From Neoechinorhynchus agilis (taxonomy: Eukaryota > Animalia > Acanthocephala): a stretch of DNA of 64,000 nucleotides. The DNA is taken from NCBI GenBank assembly GCA_051530055.1, contig CM121342.1, positions 16,135,480 to 16,199,479 on the forward strand, read 5' to 3'. The translations under genes and the position numbers were made by a program. Below the pieces are notes generated by a model. The model worked only from the letters and a program-made list of their open reading frames with translations, was not told the DNA's origin and did no database searches. Numbering within the stretch: the stretch's first letter is position 1; each line of letters begins with the position of its first letter. Shown here piece after piece: positions 53,122 to 62,282 of this stretch.

Positions 53122-53465
53122 TTTATTTGTTCTTTGGTGATTGAGAAAATAGAGATGAACGGACGAAATATTGATAATTAATATAGAATTAATCATATCG
53201 AGAAAATCCATCGGGACGGTAAATTTTTACTTGTGGTGAAGATAATCCGGGTTAAAAGTCATTTTATTGTTCTGAAATATTTCGAAAGAGGAAACCTCGC
53301 CTTATCAATAATTGCTTGTAAGTTTTAAAATGTGTAAAAAATTTACAAGCAATGATTGATAATGCGAGGTTTTAGAGCAATAAAATGATTTTTAACCGGG
53401 ATTATCTTCACCAAAATTCATAATACAGAATTTGTCTCTATTTTCTCAATCACCAAAGAAATAAA
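53122..53465. repeat. Foldback element (about 340 bp) with variant hammerhead cores
   Basis: Outer arms TTCTTTGGTGATTGAGAAAATAGAGA / TCTCTATTTTCTCAATCACCAAAGAA; the minus strand carries TTGATAA-G-GCGAGG...GAAATATTT. Confidence 0.8.
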
Positions 53466-53500
53466 TCATCGCCGGAGGAAATCCTTCGGGTTAATCAAAG

Positions 53501-53789
53501 TATACTTTTGGTGAAAATAATCCCGGTCATAACATGTTTGATTTATTTGAAATATTTCGCGGGGTAACCTCGTCTCCTCTGTCATCTAAAAATAGGTTTT
53601 ACACATTATGGTGGTTCGAGCGGATAATTGGTCGCCGTACTTCGGGTTCGGCGATCCCGCGCACTCGAGCATAAAACTTAATGTGTAAAACTTATTTTTA
53701 GATGACTGAGGAGGCGAAATTACCTCCTCGTGAAATATTTCCAATAAATCAAATATGTTATGACCGGGATTATTTTCAACAAAAGTATA
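53501..53789. repeat. Second adjacent foldback element with decayed hammerhead cores in both arms
   Basis: TATACTTTTGGTGAAAATAATCCCGGTCATAACAT pairs with ATGTTATGACCGGGATTATTTTCAACAAAAGTATA; CTGAGGA...GAAATATTTC at 53706. Confidence 0.82.
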
Positions 53790-53825
53790 AATAAATGAAC
53801 AACTTTTCTACAATATTATTGCTTT

Positions 53826-54075
53826 GCTGATTTCTTGGGTAGACAGCCCACTGATATCTTGGATCAGGCAGAAAATCACACCTAATCTCAATGAACCATA
53901 CTCCGTGATGAGTTTGTAAGCATTCCTTCGGATCCAAGGCGGATGAGGCTTATCTGTGTAAGTTTCCTCCTGCCTTCACCTTTATTTCGTCCCCTTTAAT
54001 TGTGAATCATCTGCGATCTCGTGGATTTTGAACTTTTTGACCCACTTAAACAAGGATTCGAGACTGCTAGTTTCA
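53826..54075 (+). repeat. Dispersed repeat copy A, upstream of ADI
   Basis: Colinear similarity to 56670-56900 (CTTGGG..GCCCACTGAT, AAATCACAC.TAAT, AGTTTGTA, ATCTGTG..AGTTTCCTCC, ATTTCGT.CCC). Confidence 0.6.
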
Positions 54076-54407
54076 TGTGTATGTTTTATATGGCGGTGCG
54101 ATATATTTCGGAACTAAAATACATGGCTGATTGTATTAATGGCTTTTTTTCTAATTAAAGCAATTTAAATTTTATTCTGATTTCTTTTGGAATGATCGCT
54201 TGATGTATTATTGATTCCTTTTTGTTACGCGTCTCTTGCTGTAATCAGCTTTTTCAAAAAGGCACGAGTGTTTCCCTGTTTTTTTCCGAAGAATGACTTC
54301 GGCACCAGAAAAAACGTCTATGAAATGGAGAAAGCGAAAAATCGATAATGGTATTGCGCTTGTGCTGACTTCATTACTATGAAGTCGAGTTTGGATCCAC
54401 TAAAGAA

Positions 54408-56443
54408 ATGGAAAAGCGTTTGTGTATTACAGACGAAATCAGCAGGGTGCGATCTGTGCTTATTCATGCACCTGATGATGGGTACTTGAGAATATTCCCT
54501 GCTCATAGTCAAGATTGGATGCTTAAGGATATTGTGGATGTTACTGATCTAAGAAAAGACGAATATGAACACTTTATAAAAGTCCTCTTGGCTTTTGTGG
54601 ATTTGCCAACGCTGATGGCGATGGAGAAACAGCCAAAAGATCAGATTTCAGTAACTAATCCAAACGATCCTAAATATTTCAGGTCAGATCGAATCCTTGA
54701 TTTTCAATGGCTCCTCTCGGACGTACTTGAGGATCATAGAGTTCGAATGTGTCTCTTAAGTGCGGTTTGCGCCTTAGAGCGACCGAGATCGATTGTACAA
54801 CTTTTCTAGCTCATGGATTTGAATCAAAATTGATCTTCAAAAACCCAAGCCTAAGGATAGATTAATTGAAGTGGTGATAATCGTTTTTGTTTTTTGACAC
54901 GTTAGTAGAAATCGATCACAGTCGCCTAGAAGAAACAGTATCTAATGAGGTTAACGAAGAATTGCTAAAATTCCCGAGTCGAATACTGTCTAATATTCTA
55001 ATCACTGGATCTATGCCGAATAGTCCTCGTCTTCTTTTTCACCCAATCCCAAACTTAATGATGGCCCGCGATTCATTAGTCGTCGTCAAAGATCATTTAA
55101 TTCTCGCAAACTCCTTCAATCCTGTGAGACGTAGGGAGAACACTCTTGTCCGCTATATCGTCTACAATCACCCGATATTCGCTTGGAATAAGGAAAAAGT
55201 GATTGATTTGTTCACTGTTGGACATGCGCTGATGATCGGCGCTAAAAAGCGAAGATCGTGTGACATTACGGTCGAAGGTTCCGATTTGATGCTACTCACT
55301 CCAGATCACCTATTGATTGGTGTTGGTATTAGAACGAGTCTTGCTGGCGCTGTTGCTTTGAAGGAAATCTTACGGTTGCACTTATTTCCACTGAATTTCT
55401 TATACACAACAAGGATTAATCATCAAGACTAAATCCATCAAGATAATAATATTGGAGATTGTTGGATAGAAATATGTTTTATCCGTGAGGGTTGGAGGAT
55501 TATGATCACCACACTTCTCCAGCTAATAAGGAAGATCATCATCAAAAGAGGAAATCCTTCGAAATGAAGGAGTTAGAGATGTGTGGTGATCATAATCCTT
55601 TTCCAGACCAATCTTTTTTACTGAGATATTCCGCGGGGAAGCCTCGCCTTAGTGGTCACTGTTTCACGAGTTTGTTGTGAGCGAAGAATCGATACTTTCA
55701 ATGCGGACATGTTCAAAACGGTCGCTAATAACTTCACATTCCTTTTTATTTGTGACCATTCGAGATATCTTTGCTTGGGTTCTAGGTCAAAATGTCGATT
55801 GTGGACATAATTGCAACCGATAATGGATAAGAAACGACTTGTATCCAAGGTAACCTTTTTGTATTTGCCAAGTGAAAAGTTCTGCACTCATTTGGACACA
55901 ATATTGGTCCAAATCAAACGTGACATGTGGGTTGTCCAAACAGAAGCATTCTATGAAGCATCGGTTATCGACTGTACAAAAGTTATCGATGATTGCCAGT
56001 GGCGTGATTGGAATAGAATAAGGCGGATTATACAGTACCAATTGGACATGCCTCTGAAGGCATTCAATAGTCTTAGAGAGTTCGTTGAAGACATAACAGT
56101 CAATGATTTTAAAATTGATCGACCACCGACTGTAGTTTTATGTGACCAGGGAGAGATAGAGGATTTGTGGAGGGAACAATGGTCGGACTCTAGTAACATT
56201 CTGACTTTAAAGGAAGGTGTAATTGTCATTTACGAATCACATACTAGCCTGATCAATCTGATGGTGAAGCACGGAATGAAGGTTATGAAATCCAGCGATT
56301 TTGTAGGAGACGTCGTAAATCACAGTTTGGATCCGGATCGATTAGAAAACACGGTTATAACTATTCCGTCCAGAGAATTAGTTAATGTCAGAGGAGGAAC
56401 GCACTGTCTAGTTCTTCCTTTGTGTCGGGATTCTTTAAGGTGA
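54408..56443 (+). CDS. arcA: Bacterial-type (Bacteroidota-like) arginine deiminase, 477 aa after removal of two TIR inserts; functional status unresolved
   Basis: DEISRVRSVLIHAPD, QDWML.DIV, PIPNLMMARD, VEGSD, IRT, THLDT, REQWSDSSN, RGGTHCLVLPL; catalytic D, E, H, D and C retained. Segments 54408-54778, 54931-55372 and 55823-56443 total 1434 nt with no internal stop. Confidence 0.85.
54779..54930 (+). other. 147-bp TIR element + 5-nt repeat in ADI CDS (candidate AG..AG intron in register 54778-54929)
   Basis: TIR GCGACCGAGATCGATT / AATCGATCACAGTCGC (14/16); flanks TTAGA/CTAGA. Removal gives CALEETVSNEV. Confidence 0.75.
55373..55822 (+). other. 447-bp TIR element + 3-nt repeat in ADI CDS (candidate AC..AT intron in register 55372-55821)
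   Basis: TIR CGGTTGCACTTATTTCCAC / GTGGACATAATTGCAACCG (17/19); flanks TTA/ATA. Removal gives LKEILMDKKRLVSKVT. Confidence 0.8.
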
Positions 56444-56669
56444 AAATTCAATCAATCGTGTGCTAGTTCCGGTTTTACATTTCGATTTAGTTTGAGAAAC
56501 ACACACATACATTTTATTTACTTCAATTGTATTCCGCGTCATTGGTAGGTTGAGAAAATGTTTGAGCAGCTAGTGTAAAGAATCTCCATCTCAATACACT
56601 GAATTCTGCTCAGAAAGCATTCAAGGAACTTTATTAACATAGATATATAGTATATATGTTTTTTTCACG

Positions 56670-56900
56670 GCTGATAATTTTCCTTGGGCAAACTGCCCAC
56701 TGATCTGGTACAAGAAGGCGCATTAAATCACACTTAATATATTGAACCAAACGCGGTTATTAGTTTGTACATCCCTCCGTAGACTCATCTGTGAGTTTCC
56801 TCCCTTCAGTAATATTTCGTTCCCTATTGGCTATGCGTTACGGCGAAAATGGATATTGAACCCTTTGACTCAAACTGGGATCAGGAGCTTTTAGTCCACT
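56670..56900 (+). repeat. Dispersed repeat copy B, downstream of ADI
   Basis: Direct-orientation homolog of 53826-54075. A third partial copy (GGCTGATAATTT...CACTGAT) at about 57041-57086 is cut by the Gypsy LTR. Confidence 0.6.
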
Positions 56901-57086
56901 TGACCACATCGGCACAACTATGGAATGTACACACTGTCAGTTTTTGATTTTTAATTCTAAGCCAACTGAATTATTTTATTATTTCGAAGTCTGGCCAGCC
57001 GGTAACTTTTATTCTGTGTTTTAGGTTTTCCCTTTTTAACGGCTGATAATTTTATTGGTTGGGCACACACAGTGCACTGATATTTT

Positions 57087-60000
57087 TGTGATATTGGTTA
57101 ATTGATACTGTTGGCGCCGTCGTCCTCGCGTCATCACCGCGCTTTTGCTACCATATAGCACGCGCCCCTGGTGGTGTTTTGTGCAATAAAGCCCCTGTTT
57201 TGGTTACACATCAATTTATTGCACAAAAGAACAATTTCTTGCAATGGACGATTCAACAAGTTCGACCAGTTCGAATAGAACGTTAAAAAGGAATTTCAGG
57301 CTGGAGAGGTTCAATACGGGGCCGCACGAGCAATATTCCGAACAAAAGTTCAAACTATGGAAGAGAAACTTCAAATATACGATTCAATCGGTCGATCTTG
57401 ATAATTATAAACTAAAATACTTATTCGCCAATATTGGGCCCGATGTATACGAAGTTTTGGAAGATACCAAGACTTTTGAAAATGCTTGGACCTTATTGGA
57501 AAAGATATACAAAAAAGCACAATGAAGTGCTGAGCAGGCTCTTTTCTCTACCCGCAAACAATCAGAGAAAGAGAGCATCGATCAATACGTCCAATTTCTA
57601 ACTAGCATGGCTCGCAATTGTCGATTCAAAGCTGTCAATGCGGGGGGGGCAAATTGGAATTCATCCGAGATGCTTTCATCTCCACCATCAGATCCGATGC
57701 AATAAGATAGCGATTGCTCGAACAAGAGGATTTGGTATTGACAAAAGCCGTCGAAATAGCTAAATGTGTCCAATGTGCGACGGGCAGCATGGATCAATTT
57801 AATACCACGTCGAGTAACATGCTAAGAAGTTTGACAATAGCTGAGCGCGATTCCGTTGATATTTCCGACATAGATAGTGATTCCGCTAAATGCAATGCTG
57901 CTCGTGTAAAAGATCGATCTGACAAGCACGACAACCTTCATCTGAAATCGCTTTGCTTTTTTTTGTGGAAAAAACGACACCCAAGATTCCTTTGCCCTGC
58001 GAATCAAGCAAAATGCTACGAATGTTCAAAAAAGGGTCATTTCGTCAAAATGTGCCAATCAAAGTAAAATACTCAGGTCAGAACTTCATCTATATTCCTT
58101 GCTATTACTACAACTAATGGATTGAATAAGGGTTCCTTGATGGAGATACGAATTGGTGATTCAAAGTTTTCTGCCCTGATGGACACCTTGAGTTCACTTA
58201 ATTTCATCAACGATAAAATCGCTAAAGATATGAAATGCATTGTGAAACCGGTCTACGTGTATGTGTCAATGGCCTCTGGACATCTCCACAGGAGATCTCG
58301 TTGCAGGGTAATCACCGAGTTAAGATATGGTGGATAGACATACCAAAACGTTGAGTTGTTCATCCTGCCCGAATTATGCTATGACGTAATTTGGGGATTA
58401 CCGTTCACCAAACTACATAAGGAATTGCGGCTTAGAACATCTGGCCACGAGGATATTCTTGAACTCGCAGCCACGACCATTACCGAAGCAAATGGCGAAC
58501 CAGAGGTCGTTCCATTTCTTTTCGGGAATTTAAGCAGAGACTGCAAGCCCGTCATCACGAAATCACGAACGTTCAGTCAAAATGATACTGCCTTCATTAA
58601 ATCAGAGATCGGGCGTATGCTGAACCAAAGGATCATAGAGCCGATATCCAATGTGGAACTTCTTGTTCCTCTTCTCTGCCCATATTTAAAGGGGTCCCCC
58701 AAGGTGCCGCACTTTCCCCTCTCCTCTTTGACATTTTCTAAATGACCTCCATCGCTTCACTCCCCCTACCAAATATTTTCTCTATGCAGATGATCCCACA
58801 GTCATTACGATCGCATCTCCCTCTCTCGCCCTCTCCACAACCATGGACGAGCTCAACCATCTCATTTCCTCGCTCTGCCTAACAATTTATTCAAATCTTT
58901 TGAGCTTGTCCCCCACATTTCCAAACGCAAACTTATCCCCGCGCCTCTCCCTCTCCCCATCCAACGCTCCTCTTCTCTCCGAATACTGGGCCTGATTTTA
59001 CAAGAAAACCATAAATGACATGCCCACATTTCATTTACACTCTCTAAAGCAAACCCTTGTCTTTAACTTCTCAAACACCTCCGGCGTCTCGGCGTATCCC
59101 CTAAACACCTTCCCCACTTTCATCGCCCTTTCCGTCAATGCTCTCCATTCCATCGAAACCCTCGACAAGAGAGCAGCGAGAATATGCGGGACTTCACTCC
59201 TACCCTCGACGCCCACCTCCACTCCATTTTCTCCAAAAACGCCCTCCGTGTTTTTCAACCCCCTCCACAATTTTCTTCCCTCATCTCCAAATACTCTTCC
59301 TTCGTAAACACCCGTAACCCCAACCTTTTTCATCCTCCACTCGCTCGTACCACCCTCCACCAAAAATCTTTCCTCCCCCAAGCCCAATCTTTCCTTAATA
59401 ATCGGAAAACACGGAAAGACTCCCAATCGGCCATCTCCTGTACAAAGCCTCCGATCGCACATTAAAATTCTTTCAAAGACAAGTCCCACCTCCCTTGCCT
59501 TCAACATCCGTCATCCAGACACCTTCAGCAAAGATAGATGCTGGCAAGTGTGTGGATCGTGCTTTTCTTACATTAATTAAACGTGTTTATATATATTATA
59601 TAAACTCTCCGTGACGAGCCCAAGTTCTCATTATTAAAAAGGAAAAAGATAAAAAATTGGCTAGTGGTAGATTTTTCACGAACAATAAACTGCTTTTCAT
59701 ATTTGGACGTTTTTCCCCTTCCTAGGATAGACAAAATGGTTAATGCAATCGCTGAGAATGTAGTGTTCAGTAAAAATAGATTTAAAAGATGCATATTATC
59801 AAGTGTCAATCGACCCTAGTGAGAGAAACTATACTTCATTCGAAGCTTGCGGTAAGCTGTATCGATTCAAAAAGATCCCCATGGGTGTTACGAATGGAGT
59901 CGCAGCATTTCAGCGATTTATGAATCACATCGTTGAGAAGTATAAGTTAGCCAACACTTACTCGTATTTGGACGATGTAATAATATGCGGGAAAACAAAA

Positions 60001-61910
60001 GAAGAGCATGATGAGAACCTCAACCGTTTCCGGATGATAGCTGGAAAAAGGGATTACGATTAAATAACACTAAAAGCAAGTACGGGATGGATGGGATTTT
60101 CGTCCTGGGATATGAAATTGGTCACGCTCAGCTGAGACCTGACCCAAAACGATTGAGGCCTTTAAACGATATTGGGATTCCTACCAGCTCAACAACACTC
60201 CAAAAACTAATGGGGTTCTTCGCATATTATAGCCGATGGATACCCAATTACTCGAAGAAAATCCAACCCCTGGTGTCGAAGGATATTATTTTTCGCTTAA
60301 CTCGTGAATTAACGCCATTAAACATGCGGTCATTAACAACATCAATGAAGGAAAAGAATTCGTGCTTGAGACTTACGCGTCCGATAATGCCATAGGGGCG
60401 GCACTTTTTCAGGATGGACGTCCAGTCGGATTTTTTCCAGAACATTAAACAAGCACGAGAAAAAGTATCACATTGTAGAGAAAGAGGCTTATGCTCTCGT
60501 CGAGGCGGTAAAGCACTGGAAATACTTAGCTATTCGCCCCTTTACAATTATCACCGACCAAAGGTCTGTCCTTTTCATGATGGATCAAGATCACACAAAA
60601 AATCAGGAATGAGAGGATTCTGCGATGGAAACTAGAGTTATCCAATTACTCATATACGCTCTGGTATAGAGTCGGACGGGAGAACCTGGCCGCTGACGTT
60701 CTGACCCATGATTCTCGTGCCCGATTGTGTTCGGTCTAGAACAAATCTGAACTTGCTCATCTAGTTAAGTTGCATCGAAGACTTGGCCACCCTGGAATCA
60801 CACGAATGCAACATTATGTCAAACAGAACAATATTCCTTACTACATAGAAGACATTCGGAAGCTCAGTGCTGCTTGCTTTGTCTGCTGTCGGATCAAGCC
60901 TCGATTTTTTAAACCATAAGGGATGCATCTGATAAAGGCGACCCGACCTCTTTAAAGAATATCAATAGATTTCAAGGGCCGTTACCAAGGACCCCTCATG
61001 GACACCAATATCTCCTGGTAGCAGTGGATGAGTACTTTAGATTCCCAATGGCGTTTGCCTGTCGCGACTGTTTAGCTAACACAGTGAAAGATTGTCTTTC
61101 CAGGATAATATCGATAAGGGTCGTCGTTCACATGTCTGTGCGAATGGCTGAATGCTCGGCGAATTTGTTTGAGTCATACAACCGCATACCGCCCTCAAGG
61201 TAACGAGCAATGTGAGCGTCTAAATGGAGTCATTTGGAAAACGATAGAATTGGTGCTTTCCGATATAAATATTCCTTTATCTAGATGGCTCGAGGTGCTT
61301 CACGAAGCGCTAAGAAAAATACGGATGTTACCCTGTACTAGCACCGGAAAGACACCCCATGAACGGATGTTCAGCTTCTCAAGAAAAAGTGAGCTAATCT
61401 CCTCCATTCCTGACTGGATATCTTCAAATAAAATGGTGCTCTTACGGAATATGATTCCAAGGACCAAATTCGACGATAGAGTAAGTGAAGTCGTGTTGGT
61501 CAGTGGCAACGAGAAAACTGCACTGATTAAACACTCTGATGGCCGGCGAGATTTGGTTTCGACGTAAAGACTAGCTCCTCATTGTGAAGATCTGACCGCC
61601 ATAAAAAGCAGCGAAGACGATTTGCCGTCTGCAGTAAATTCGGGAGATGTTACGGTGAAAGAAAACATTAATGTCCAACACCCAGAGATGGGCTCAAAAT
61701 ATGTCACAGAACATGAACTGGAAGTTAGGAGACCCTGTCGGATCCTCAGCAAACTAAGAGCGAAGGCGGAAGATTGTGGTATTGATTAATTGATACTGTT
61801 GGCACCGTCGTCCTCACGTCATCACCGCGATTTTGCTACCATTTAGCACGCGCCCCTGGTGGTGTTTGGTGTGTGTTTTTGTGCAATGAAGCCCCTGTTT
61901 TGGTCATACA
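57087..61910 (+). mobile_element. Ty3/Gypsy LTR retrotransposon (Mag-like), decayed; LTRs 57087-57210 and 61775-61910
   Basis: TG...CA LTRs of 124/136 bp; purine tract before the 3' LTR; gag with Cys/His motif, protease MDT, RT SP*RAQV and YLDDVII, RNase H, integrase GHPGITRM and PQGNEQCER. Many stops and frameshifts; no TSD found. Confidence 0.9.
58644..59600 (+). mobile_element. CR1/L2-group LINE 3' fragment nested in the Gypsy RT
   Basis: Separates Gypsy IIEP from NSP*RAQV; YADDP and LRILG motifs, C-rich strand, 3' AAACGTGTTTATATATTATA as in the other LINE copies. Confidence 0.8.
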
Positions 61911-62282
61911 TAAATTTTACATCAGAGAAGTGATTCAATGATCTAAACACCTAGTTAATATAACCGGCTTTATTTTTTCGTTGCGTTACTTTCAATCTAC
62001 TTTCAAAATTCAGCGCCCAAGGTCACCACCCCGGAAGGTATCTGAGGCTCTAGAGGGACGTACAAACCGCTTGAGAGTGTAAGTGATTCAATTACTTGCC
62101 TGATGTTAGAGATCGGTGTGGCTGTGTGCCTAAGGCAAAAATCAGAGTAGGGGATGTTCTAAAAACACTTAATTAATATAACCGACTTGCCAAAAGACAT
62201 AAAAAAGTGATTTACTCTTCCAGACAATAGTTCAACTTTTATTTTTTAGCATTTTTGATCTAAGACACAGTAGCAAGAACCG

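Noticed and set aside
54408-56443. ADI as bacterial contamination
   Set aside because: No neighbouring bacterial genes or operon; it is flanked by and contains eukaryote-type mobile DNA. Chimeric assembly is not fully excluded without long reads.
59031-59507. 158-aa Gly/Glu/Val-rich antisense ORF
   Set aside because: By-product of the strongly C-rich, G-poor LINE sense strand, which depletes stops on the opposite strand.
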